In this document: piece by piece, positions 9,985-22,079 of the stretch
Layout of the letters: each line of letters starts with the position of its first letter
How positions within the stretch are numbered: the stretch's first letter is position 1
Assembly (NCBI GenBank): GCA_002104905.1
Contig: MCFE01000780.1
Coordinates: 1-36,625 of the forward strand
DNA from: Basidiobolus meristosporus CBS 931.73
Taxonomy: Eukaryota > Fungi > Basidiobolomycota
DNA length: 36,625 nt
Direction of reading: 5' to 3'
Program-made: the position numbers and the translations under genes
Notes under the pieces: generated by a model
The model's database searches: none
What the model was told of the DNA's origin: nothing
What the model saw: only the letters and a program-made list of their open reading frames with translations

Positions 9985-12900
9985 TGTTGTAAGAGTCTTG
10001 GAGATATTGGAAGTGATTGGGAGGACAAGTAGATTATGTGGTTTTCACTTAATAACTTAATCAGTGTAAAAGTAGTTTTATACTTCTACATGGTATTGGC
10101 ATAACAAACATGTAGAATAGGTTAAGGAAGGTCCCAAGAACATGTGTGCCAGGTTTGGAGTTGTTTGGACAACTTTGAGAATATTCATGATCTGGGTACC
10201 TGGTATTTTGGTGAAAATATTCTAAATAAATCCCAACAAGAAATCTGGTCAGTATTCTCTAGGATTTGAAGGTATTGATCTAAGAGACCAAGTTAGGTGA
10301 GTATTTAGGTGGAATTACAGATTTTTACAAAGCTCCCACTTAGCTATATGTTGATGCTGACTAGTCCTAATTTTGACCTAAGATGTACAAACTTGTGTCT
10401 AGCTAATGGTTTGATAAATATATCTGCAATCATTTCATCTGAGGGACAGTAAGCTAAGCTAACTAAGTTATTCTCTATAGCTTCACCTATGAAATGAAGC
10501 TCAGTATCTATGTGCTGAGCTCCAGCATGAAAAGTTGGATTTCTACCTAATTGTATAAATCCTTGATTATCATGAAATAAAGTAATAGGTGTTTTTGACA
10601 TAGACCTAAATTTATAAAAGGCTTTCTTAGCCACATTGCTTCTTTTGTAGCTTCACAGGCTGCCATGTACTCTGCCTCTGTGGTAGAAGGTGCCACAGTT
10701 GGTTACTTTGTGAATTCCATGAAATTGCTCCTTTACAGTGAAGTAAGGTGTATCCTGTGGTAGTTCTTCTGTCTTCTAAGTTTTGTCCCCAATCTGCATC
10801 AGAGTATCCCACAAGATCCTGTTCTGAATCCTTATAAGTGTATCTTAAGCAGATATCAGCAGTTCCTTTTAGGTATCTAAAAATCCGCTTAACTGCTGCA
10901 ATACAATCAGATCCATAGTTCTGATTATGTTGGCTGACAACTCCCACTGAATATGAAATATCTGGATGTGTTCCAAGCATGATATACATCAGAATGCAGA
11001 CCATAGATTGATAAGGAAAGTCAGGGCTTTCAGATGCACCAAGCTCTCTTGAGTTGGTTAAGATTTGACCAAGTTAAGATTTGTCTCCATTGGGGTAGCA
11101 GGTGGTTTAGAGTCTTCCATTTGGTACTTCTTTAGTATATCTTGAATATACTTGGATCAGCATAGGGTTATATTCCGGGTGCTTCTGTCTATGGAGAACT
11201 TAATCCCTAAGTAGTAGCTGAGTTCTCCTAGATCAGACATCTTGAACTCCTTAGATAGGCTGGATTTAGTCTCTTCCAATGTTGCTAGGTTATGGTGGCT
11301 ATAATAAGATCATCCACATATAGAGCTAATAGAACTGGATTTGCTCTATCTGGATTATAGTATATACTATAGTCAGCATTACTTCTTTTGAAACTCAAAG
11401 ATTCCAAACAAGAATCTATCTTGCAATTCCAGGCTCTTGGTGATTGTCTGAGACCATATAGTGCCTTTTTAAGCTTGCAGACCAAATGGGGATTATCTTG
11501 GTCATCAAACCCATCAGGCTGGTTCTTATACATGTCCTCAGCAAGTTCTCCATGCAAGAATACTGCTTTACATCCATTTGATGAATAAAAAACTTATATT
11601 TGGCTGCAATAGCCAAAATTAATATGATGGAATTAAACTTGGCTACCAGTGCAAAGGTTGCAGTATAGTCAAGTCCTTTTGTCTGAGAGTATCATTTGGC
11701 CACAAGTCTTGCTTTGTATCTTCAATTGTACTATTAGCCTTGTATTTTGTCCTGAAGACCCATCTGCATCCAATTGATTTTTGGTTGATTGGTAACTTGA
11801 CCAAGTCCCAGGTTTGATTTTCCATCTGGGCCTGATATTCCTCAGTCATTGCCAGTCTCCAAAACTCCATCTGAGGGCTATTTAGGGCCTCTTTTACAGT
11901 CTGGGGCTCATCAATATGGACTGAATTGGCATAGGCTAGGTTTGTACCCTCATTGATGTAGTAATTTGGGCTATTTCTTGTCCAATTAGATCTCCAGGCA
12001 TTTGATACTGGAATGATCACTTCTGAGATACTCCTGGGCACTGAATCTGGCTGAACTATGGTTGTAGAGTCCTTTGGAGTGAAAAATATTTCAATGTTTT
12101 GCTCTGATTCAATTCTGACAATTGGTAGACTGGAGAACAGATTTTTATCATCATCTGATGTCATTTTTTGTGAAAATTTTGAATATTCATCAAACAACAC
12201 ATCCCTGGACGTGATTAGCTTCTTTGCTTTGGTATTGTAGAGTCTATTTACTTTACTCTCATTGCAGCAGCCCAAAAATATGCATTTACACTCTTTGGCT
12301 CAAATTTTTACTGATTTCAGGACAGTTTCTTGGCATATGCTGTACACCCAAATATTATTAGATGTTCTGCACTTAGTCTGTATCCATATCATGCTTCAAA
12401 TGGAGTAGAATCACAAAGTATTCTGTTATAACTCCTATTTTTAAGATATACAGCAGTGGCAACTGATTCCGCCCAAAAATCACAGGATAGTTTTTGATCA
12501 TGGATCATAGATCTTGCCATACCAATTATTGATCTGCTGGCATGTTCTGCTACTCCATTTTGCTGTGGGGAATATGGTACAGTAGTCTCTTGCTTTATCC
12601 CTTCAATTTTGCAGAAGTGGATGAAGAGTTTTGAGGTATATTCTGCACCATTGTCAGAGCATATTTCTTGATTTTTTTGCCGGTTTCTCTCTCCGTGATG
12701 GCTTTTAACTACCTGAACTTAGACAGAGCTTCTTCCTTTCTCTCCATGACTTAGACCCATGTGTATCTTGTATAACCATCAATAAAAGCAATTAAATACT
12801 TCATCCTGCCTAAGGATAAATATTTCATAGGTCCACACAGATCTGAGTGAATTAGATCTAGTTTTTTCTTAATTTTGATTAACCCAGAGTTCTTGAAAGG

Positions 12901-15384
12901 TTGTCTGGCTTGTTTCCCATATATGCAGGCTTCACAATGCTCCAAATTAGCTGGGGGATCAATTTTTACTCCCAAAATTAGCTGATCTTTGATCATTTTT
13001 CACAAATAGTCAAAATCAACACAACCAAATCTCCAGAGCCAAAGCATTGGTGTTACTTCATTCAATTTACTTATATTGGATTCCAAATATGATGGAATAT
13101 AAGTCAACTGGTATAGATTCTGATCTCTGATACCCAAAGCAATATGGGCACCATTTTGATCAGTGATCTTGCATTTAGAATTGTCAAAGCTGAAACTAAG
13201 TCCTTCTGCAGTGGCCTTGCTCACAGATAGTAGGTTCTTGGCTATTTCTGGTACATAGAGTACTTCTTTGAAAGTCAGTGTATGGCTTCCTTCACCGCCT
13301 CCTAGTCTTACTTGGATAGTACCTACTCCCACTGCATCAAGTGTTCTGTTGTCACACATGAAAACCTTCTTAATTGGAATTTCTTGTTATTGGGTAAAAA
13401 GTTCTTTTTGGTGTGTAAAGTGTTGAGATGCTTCACAGTCAATATACCACATCTGAGAATCCCTGTTTGTGGTCATTTCTAGTGCAGATAGGAATAGTCT
13501 ATCTTTGGTTATTGCAGCATTTCCATATTCAGGCTTCTTTTGCTGATTATCTTTCTATTTGAGGCCCTGGTCTGATGTGTGTCCTTTCCTTTTGCAGTAG
13601 TTACAAAACAGGTTGCTGTTGCCTTTGTAGGGTCTTGGATACCTCCAATGTTGATTTTCATTGCTTATTAAAGCATTTTCATCTTCATTCTTATTGGTGC
13701 AGCAGTGGGGTGACAGTGACACCCACTGACAGATGTGCTCATTCTCATATTTTCTACTTCCCTATGTCTCTACTACCCTTATTTCAGTTTTAACCCATTT
13801 GTCTTACCTGATCAGTACTATCCCATAAGCTGGTTGACTCTCACACCTGATTACCTTATTGCATAAGTTATCCCTCACTTTATGTGAGACTACTAGCAGT
13901 GAGTGCTCCTATATTAGGCAGGTACCTGCACCAGTACCCATGACACATGATGAACCTGTGTAATCATCCCTACCATTTCCATACCATATATGGTATCCCT
14001 AAGTTACATAGGTTTCAGGGTACTGATTTCTGATTGGTTGGATGTGCTGTGCCTCTTAGAAACTTCTGGCACCTACTTAGAACATTCTTAGGTCATTGTG
14101 ATGTCATCAAGATTTCTATTGATATCTGGAACCTTTGGCAACACCATGATTAGTAATCACTTAGCCAGTAAGAAAAGTTTACAAGGGAGGCTATCCCTCA
14201 CCTGTTGCTACCTGAACTTTGAACCCCAGACCACACAACATTCCCAGGAAACCACACTGACAGCCAACTGACCTTGGAGGCACTACTTGTGAGGAATACT
14301 CTGAGTAGGTATCTTTTATTATATTTGAATCTTTCCCAAGTTTGTTCTTGTACAGGCAAAGATACTTTTCATTCTTTGTAACTATTGACCACAGCTGCAT
14401 TCTTATCAAGTCCTTGCTGGTGGAGTTTACAGTTGTTTTGACTTTGGAAGCTTTAGTACATTGCCATCTCAAAGGATGCTGAACCCAGCACATACTTTTG
14501 TTAAGATGCCAACCAAGTAAGGGATTTTAGCTCAATAGTTTTCACTTGACAAGCTTGTGGCTTTATTCCCCATCACATTAGATTAGAGACAGAACCCAAG
14601 TATTCCTAGCAAACTTTTGCCAGAGATTATTGCACCCAGTGAGCACCCCACACACAAAACACTTGAGAAGTGTTGGATGTATCTCTCCCTTGGACTTATA
14701 CACCACCACAGTGCTTTATTTTCTTAATTCTTCAACCAGGAGCCTTCTAAATAAGTAATTTCAGGCCAAATCTTCAGTTCTAGACTCTAGGGCTGATACA
14801 AGGCCCTGAGACTTGTCTGTCAGGCTATTCAGGATGGTAACTATCACATCCTCATCAGTAGTTGGTACGCCCACAGATTCCATCTCATCTACCAGCATGG
14901 TAGTTCTGTTAGTTAGATTTTTCATTTCTTCTCCTGGCAGCATCTTTGTAGCAAAGAATTTTTGCCGCAGATACATTTTCTTAGCAGCTGAACATGACTG
15001 GTAGGTGTCTTCAATGCCTTCCAGGCATTCTTTGCTGTTTTTGCTCTTGAGCATTGAATTAGCAATTTGTCTTTAACATTAATGCAAATGCAGTTAAAGG
15101 CACTTTGTTCTTTCTTCTGGTACTTTAAGGCTTCCTCTTCCACATTTTTAGGAGGGCATTCTTCTCCCATGACAGTATCTCAAAGGCCTCTTTCTTTTAG
15201 CAGCAGCTTTCCCTTCACCTTCCACACTTGGTAGTAAGATCTATCCAACTTTTTGGCAGAGGGGAAAATTCCAGTAATAACAGTAGTAGACATTCCAGAG
15301 AGTGACAGCTCAGGGTTCATAGCCGGTTGTAAGAGTCTTGGAGATATTGGAAGTGATTGGGAGGACAAGTAGATTATGTGGTTT
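9985..15384 (-). mobile_element. Cop1 copy d: inverted, decayed near-full element (3' LTR 9985-10332, PPT ~10333-10341, pol, gag, PBS 15313-15324, 60-bp remnant of 5' LTR 15325-15384) carrying a solo LTR insertion
   Basis: Reverse-complement homology to copy c throughout. Minus-strand ORFs carry GYSDADWG, ALYVDDL, IHSDLCGP and AKNAWKAL. Confidence 0.93.
13701..14710. repeat. Solo LTR of an unidentified family (LTR-L copy 1, 1010 bp) inserted in the gag of copy d
   Basis: A 4-bp TSD GTGC lies at 13697-13700 and 14711-14714, and gag homology resumes on both sides. Ends are (A)GCAGTGGGG...CACCACCACA. A second copy lies inverted at 17862-18933. Confidence 0.82.
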
Positions 15385-17385
15385 GAGTATGACCACAAAC
15401 AAGGATCCTCAGACTCTGCAGCATTGCAACAGTTTACACACCAAAAGGAACTTCTTACCCAATGTTAAGAAATTCCAAGATGATTTTCATGGGTGAATAT
15501 AGAACACTGGACATAATTAATGAGGGAGCTATCCAAGTAAGCCTCAGAAGTAGTGAAGGAAGCTGCACACTCACCTTCAAAGGAGTACTTTATGCTCCAA
15601 AAGCAGTAAAGTGCCTACTATCTGTAAACAAGGCCACAGCAGAAGGACTCAGCTTCAGTTTTAACACTTCTGAATGTAGAATCACGGATCAAAATGGTGC
15701 CCATAAAGCTTTGGGTATCAGAGGTCAGAGAATATACAAGTTGACTTATATTCCATTGTATATGGGACCTAATGCTAGTAACATAAATAAAGAAATACTA
15801 ATGCTTTGGCACAGGAGATTTGAGAGCATCAATATTGATTATTTGCATAAGATTATCAAGGATCAACTGATTTCTGGAGTAAAGCTTGATCCCCCCGCAA
15901 ATTTGGAGCACTTTGAATTCCACATATATGGCAAACAAGCCAGGTATTTACTGAAGAGCTCTGGTATAATCAAACCAGAATAAAATTAGATCTAATTCAC
16001 TCAGATCCGTGTAGACCTATGCAAATTTATCCCACAGCAGGATAGAATTGTTAATCACTTCAATTGATAATTAAATAAGATATATATGGGTCTACTTTAT
16101 GCAAAGAAAGGAAGAGGCCTTGTAGAAGCTAAGGAAGATCTAAAAAATGGTCGAGAGAGAAACTGGTGAAAAGAATCAAGAAAATATGCTCAGACAATGT
16201 TGGAGAATAGACCTCAAAACTCTTCATCCACTACTGCAAAGTTAACATGATTAAGCAAGAGACTGATGTACCATACTCCCCACAGCAAAATGGTGTGTCA
16301 GAATGTGCAAGCAGATTGACTATTGATATGGCCAAAGTCATGACTTATGATTAATATTATTGTATGATTTTGAGTGGAATTAGTTGCTATAGCTATATAT
16401 CTCAAAAATAGGAGCTACAGCAGAATAGCTTGTGAATCAACACCACTTGATGCATGGTATGAACACTGACCAAGTGCAGATCATCTAAAAATACCAGGAT
16501 GCACAGCACATGCCAAGAAACTGTTCAAAAATGAGTCAAAATTTGAGTCAATAAGTGTAGAATGCTTATTTTTAGGCTATTCCAACACCAGAGCAAAGAA
16601 GCTGATCAGGTCAAGGGATGTGTTGTTTGGTGAGTTTTTAAATTCCACACAAAATAACATCTGTTGATGACAAAAATCTGATATCAAGTCTGCCAATAGT
16701 CAAAATTGAGCCAGAGCAAAATAAAGAAATTAATTTACTCCAGAGGACTCCACAACCATGGCTCAGCCTAAATCAGTGCCCAGGAGTATCCTCCAGATGA
16801 TTTCCTCAGTATGAGATGGCATGATGTCCAACTGAACCAGAAATAGCCCAAATCTTGATATCAATCAGGGTTCAAACTTATCATATGCCTATTCATTTGA
16901 TATTGATTAGCCACAGACTGTCAAAGAGGCCAGAAACAGCCCTCTAACAAGCTTTTGGAGATCTGCAATCACTGAGGAACCATAAGCCCTGATGGAAAAT
17001 CAAACTTGGGACTTAGTCATATTCCTCAACAACCAAAAATTAATTGGATGCAAATGTGTCTTCAAGACAAAGTACAAGGCTGAAATTACAGTTGAAAGAC
17101 ACAACAAAAAACTTGTGGCCAAAGAATACTCTCAAACAAAAGAATTGGACCATATTGAAACCTTTGCACCAGTCACCAAGTCTAACTCCATCAGACTAAT
17201 ACTGGATATTGCAGCCAAAAATACGTCTTTTATTCAACAAATGGATGTAGATACAGCATTTTTGAATGGAGAACTTGATGAGGACCAGAACATGAATCTG
17301 CCTGATGGCATTTTGACCAAGATAACTACCATTTGGTCTGCAAGCTTAAAAAGTCTCTATATGGTCTCCAACAGTCCCATTGAGC
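15385..17385 (+). mobile_element. Cop1 copy e: highly decayed PR-IN-RT fragment, no LTR
   Basis: Homologous to 5450-7500 of copy c (LWHRRF, MENQTWDLV, QMDVDTAFLNGELDED), with many stops and indels. The right end is approximate. Confidence 0.88.
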
Positions 17386-17861
17386 CAGGTTCTAGCATTA
17401 ACCACTTGCTTCTTTGAATCCAGGATAATGCATATGGAAGGGATGAAGAACATTCTGTTTAGCCATGAGATCCCAAAGATCCCATGGTAGGCTGGCCTTA
17501 ACATGACTACATGCTAGACTACTTGTAGCCCCCTGAATAGTAACTCACTCTGCATCATCACACTCCATGCTTTCATAGATCTTCAGTGTATTCTGACTTT
17601 AAGGCTTCAATACAAAGACTACAGTTGCTCCCTCCCATGTTGCAATAGGTTTCTCTGTGGGCTTCATCATTGGACACTGCTGTTGTGCTTCAAGCACTTT
17701 ACAGTGCTCCTCTGTTGTTACATCTGGAAATGGCTTTATTCCAGTTGATGATATTGAGGCACTTGATCTCCATCTTTACAGCAAAGTTCCAGCATTCTCT
17801 CCCTGGGATGTTGATTGCTGTATAGACTTGTTCCATCATACTGCGGCAGGGTGTGTGGCGT

Positions 17862-18933
17862 TGTGGTGGTGTATAGGTCCAAGGAAGAAACACGTCCAAC
17901 ACTTCTCAAGTGTTTTGTGTGTGGGGTGTTCACTGGGTGCAATAACCTCTGGCAAAAGCTTGCTAGGAATACTTGGGTTCTGTCTCTAATCTAATGTGAT
18001 GGGGAATAAAGCCACAAGCTTGTCAAGGGAAAACTATTGAGCTACAATCCCCAACTTAGTTGGTGTCTTAACAAAAGTATGTGCTGGGTTCAGCATCCTT
18101 TGAGATGACAATGTACTAAAGCTTCCAAAGTCAAAACAACTGTAAATTCCACCAGCAGGGGCTTGATAAGAATGCAGCTGTGGTCAATAGTTACAAAGAA
18201 TGAAAAGTATCTTTGCCTGTACAAGAACAAACTTGGGAAAGAATCAAATATAATAAATGATACCTACTCAGAGTATTCCTCACAAGTAGTGCCTCCAAGG
18301 TCAGTTGGCTGTCAGCAAGGTTTCCTGAGATTGTCCTGTGGTCTGGGGTTGGAAGTTCAGGTAGCAGCAGGTAGCAGTGATCACACTAATCAACAAGTTG
18401 GTATATTGATAAAAGGGATGATGATTTATTGTTGAGGGATAGCCTCCCTTATATACTTTTCTTACTGGCTCAGTGATTGCTAATCATGGTGTTCCAGAAG
18501 GTTCCGGATATCAAACAGAAGTCTTAATGACATCAGAATGACCTAAGAATGTTCTAAGAAGGTGCCAGAAGGTTCTAAGAGGCACAGCACATCCAACCAA
18601 TCAGGAATCAGTATTCTGAGACCTCTGTAACATAGGGATACCATATATGGTATGGAAATGGTAGGGATGGTGACACAGGTTGATCATGTGTCATGGGTTC
18701 TGGCGTGGGTACTTGCCTTTTATAGAAGCACTTATAGCGAGTAATCTTACATAAAGTGAGGGATAACTTATGCAACAAGGTAAGCAGGTGTGATAGTCAA
18801 CCGGCTTATGGGATAGTACTGACTGGGTAAGACAAATGGGATAAAACTAAAATAAGTGTAGTAGAGATATAGGAAAGTAGAAAATAAGGGAATGAGCACA
18901 TCTGTCAGTGGGTGTCACTGTCACCCCACTACA
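17862..18933. repeat. Solo LTR of family LTR-L, copy 2 (1072 bp, inverted relative to copy 1)
   Basis: TGTGGTGGTG...CCCCACTACA termini. Flanks GCGT (17858-17861) and GTGT (18934-18937) form a 4-bp TSD with one CpG transition. There is an extra ~61 bp at 18373-18433. Confidence 0.82.
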
Positions 18934-19629
18934 GTGTGATCTGCAGTCTCCAAGAACAATTGGGCACAATATCAAAGCTACCAATAGGCAGGATTGCTCT
19001 TGGACAATTTTGCACCATGTGGGATGCTCTTGCACATTATGGCACAATCTGACACAATGAGGTTAGCATGTATGATTGCACCCACTTGCAATGCTGGCAT
19101 CATGTGCGCAATTGGATACCACTATTATGGTAGGTAAAATCCGGTATTTGAATATGTTTCTTTACTTTAAATGGAAATCAATGCGTATCACACTATAAAC
19201 TACACTGATACTTACCAATTTAGTTACCATCACTCCAATTGGATGGTATCTCAGTGGTTAATTGGTCCAAAAGTAACCTGAAGCTTTCAGCCCCCAATTG
19301 GCTCTTTGACCAATATACAAGCTACCTGATTTGCCATCAAATATACCATTTGGCTCATTAAGCAAGTAAATCACTGATCCTAGTGATTGGACAAGGTGTC
19401 ATAGCCAGCATGCAACTGAATGTATGGGTGCAAATCAGATCAAATGGCTGCACTGGTCCCACAGATGATGTATACATATGCAGGGTGTTTATTTAAAGGG
19501 GCCCTGTCTCAAGTGTGAGACAATCTTGATATTGCTTATATCAAAAATTTAGTGATCACTGATTTGCAATGGCTTGATGCAGACTGCAAAAAAAATGCAT
19601 TGTTTGATTCATTACAAATAATAGTATCA

Positions 19630-20423
19630 TCACCTTCTCCTAGGCTTTTTTATCACAGGTATTACTACTGAAGCATTTAGTAGTGATTCACTTTGCACAC
19701 CTAAACTACTTTCTTGTTGACAATCCTCTTGGCTACTTGTGTATTTGTAGTAAGTATTTTGCCTCAAAGCTGATGAGTGCAATGCTGCAGCTTGGCTGTG
19801 CTGAATTGCTCCAGATGATGCAACTGAGCCAGCCTGCAGTGCTACGTGCTGATGTGTTCTTTTACTTGCCAAAGGCTCTGGTGGTGGAGGCACTTCATTT
19901 GGGTCATCATCAGTCAGTTCACCAGAAGAAACTTGCTGATGGTCAGGTGCAATGGCACATGCAAACGCAAATAGATGTGCTGGCATGGCCCTTGGCTGAG
20001 TTTGATGTGATGCGGCTTGCTGACGTGACTTGGCTTGCTCCAATGGACTTGTGTCTTTTTGAGCAGTTTGGTGGGTTGTGGTGGTTTTGCTCTGAAGCAT
20101 GTCTGTTGACCCAATATGTGATGAGTCAATGTGGGGTGCTCTTGTGAAGGGTTTTGGCTTAATTTAGACTGACATGTGCTGGTATACTGAAGTTGCAAGG
20201 CATGCTGGCGCAATCTAGACAATGTTGCTTGTGGTCAATATTCTTCCTCTTGAAGCTCACCTTCTGATTCCTCAAGGTATTCACTTACCCTCTGTCTAAT
20301 ACTTTGCAACTGTTGCCTGGATGAGTCCTGTGTATATTGCTCTCAGAAGCCCCTTAGCTCTACTAATATATCATGTAATACATTAGCCATTTGAGGCAAA
20401 AACAAAGCAATAGTTGTCTTCAT
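19630..20423 (-). pseudogene. Decayed coding sequence of unknown family (helical acidic N-terminus, Q/S/P-rich middle, C-terminal KKPRRR)
   Basis: From the ATG at 20423: MKTTIALFLPQMANVLHDILVELRGF*EQYTQDSSRQQLQSIRQRVSEYLEESEGELQEEEY*PQATLSRLRQ. Both stops are TGA, consistent with CGA decay. After an apparent frameshift it continues into the 19630-20100 ORF. Confidence 0.4.
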
Positions 20424-20449
20424 AAGAATTGAGGGTGCAGCTATTCATG

Positions 20450-20880
20450 TAATACTCCTGTGAGGAAGATAAGTTGCCAAGGAAGGCAATAAGTCAACTA
20501 CAGCCCCATGTCCCGCATTGTAGACAGAATGAAGACCTCACTGACAGCCAAAGCTACACCATCAAGAAATAGGAGACTATTGCAATGCCTACACTGGAGA
20601 TTCAGAACAATGATAGGCACACTAATAGGTTGCAGCGCTTCTTCAAGAGTAGAGCCTAAGAAAGTGCACTTGAATGTTGTAAGGATTTATTGCAAAGACT
20701 AGCAGATGGGGCACCAAACCTTGCAGTACATGCTGAAGACTAGGACAAGTGGGAACCAGTGAATAAACAATGTCACAATGCTGCAGGGTTCCTGCCAAAA
20801 TAACAGAAAAAGGGCATTATGGCAAGCACATTTTTTAACGGCAGATTTTAGTGGAGTTACTTGTTGAGTGCAAGGTTCTT
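20450..20880 (+). pseudogene. Unclassified repeated coding remnant (family X, copy 1)
   Basis: One frame reads ~140 codons with few stops. 20636-20870 is homologous to 26020-26255 at both DNA and protein level. Confidence 0.55.
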
Positions 20881-21289
20881 CATAAAATTAGATTCACCAG
20901 GAGATATGCCTTTATTAATTGCAAAGGAGTGATTACATGGAGTCAAAGAGAGCTATATACCCTGAGAAAAATAAACTAATTAAAGACCAGCTAATTATCA
21001 TCACACTTTCAGCCAAACTCCAAGTATCTCCAAACTGATAACTCTCAATATCTCAGGTTCTAACAATTGGGCAGACAAGCAGGCACATTTTCTAAGAGAG
21101 TAATAGCTCAACTAGTATTCATACCAAATTTGGTAACTAGACACTCCGTGCTTCCATCAAAAGTTGCATCAAAAATTTGAATAAAAAACACTAGCAGAAT
21201 ACCAGCTTAGTACCATCAGGACATCAGCAGAATATTGTCAGAAAACCAGATGAGTTCCAAGTTTGAAATTTATTTTAGGGATAGTATAG

Positions 21290-21657
21290 TGTTATGATCT
21301 ACCACTTGAATGTTTAAGTTAGATTAGTTTTTAGTCAAATCAATTAGTATATGTTTAGGTTATCAGTATATCAGTATTACCTATCAAATCAGTAGCATTA
21401 GTCAGCAAATGAATCAGCAGATCCTTATCAGACAGAAATAGATATATTAAGTAGAATCTTATTGGGTGATGATGATGCAATCAAATGAGTCATCAGCCAC
21501 AACCTATATTAGGAAATACAATTAGTCAGCAATTGATCCGGCAAAATGTATATAAGGAGCTGCTGGAACCTCAATAAATATCAGTTCAAGTTTTAGTGTA
21601 TACAAAACTAGCTAAACTCCCTATTCCTCTACAACTCTTGTACCAAGACTTATAACA
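21290..21657 (+). repeat. Gyp1 solo LTR (368 bp)
   Basis: TGTTATGATC...TATAACA, the reverse complement of the 31683/36251 LTRs. A 4-bp TSD ATAG lies at 21286-21289 and 21658-21661. Confidence 0.95.
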
Positions 21658-22079
21658 ATAGCACTCTACACTGCATTGGGAATATACATGGCAGCATGTC
21701 TGGATACAACAAAAGCAATGTGGTACCATATCAAAACTGAAATAGGCCTGTGGGTGAATATGATCCAATCAGCTGTTGGAAACTCATTATGAGGATGCCA
21801 CAATGCTGGCAACTTGGTTTTATTGACCATTTTCACAATATTACAATGTGATTGTGACAATGCTTTGCTGATTTTACTGCTGAAGGTTAAAAACTTGATG
21901 AGGCCTGAATTGTCTTTTGGTGGGATTTGAACAGCAATGTAACCATCTCAATGTGGTCAACATCTATTTGAGTGGACCCAGCTGGCTAGTACATAATAAA
22001 GCCACATGTGGAAAAGTATTTGACCATGTTCCAGCAGACTTGATGCAGACTTTTGTTGGCATGAAAAAAAGAGTACCAC

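Noticed and set aside
14191-14493. ~100-aa ORF inside LTR-L, largely open in both copies (also 18163-18435)
   Set aside because: Copy 2 has a stop at codon 10 (TGG>TGA), there is no recognisable motif, and the copies are too similar for shared openness to imply selection.
17386-17861. Possible gypsy gag or internal region following LTR-L copy 2
   Set aside because: The 4-bp TSD on both sides shows the LTR is solo, there is no PBS or PPT, and the weak gag- or protease-like words fall in different frames.
18373-18433. 61-bp extra segment in LTR-L copy 2 as a retained intron
   Set aside because: Removing a GT..AG intron does not reproduce the copy 1 junction (CAGGTGAGGG); it is better explained as a simple indel.
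19493-19510. TTAA-AGGGGCCCTGT resembling a Kolobok-type transposon end (similar TTAAAGGGAC at ~26526)
   Set aside because: I found no inverted partner end in the window, and the short motif is expected by chance in 36 kb.
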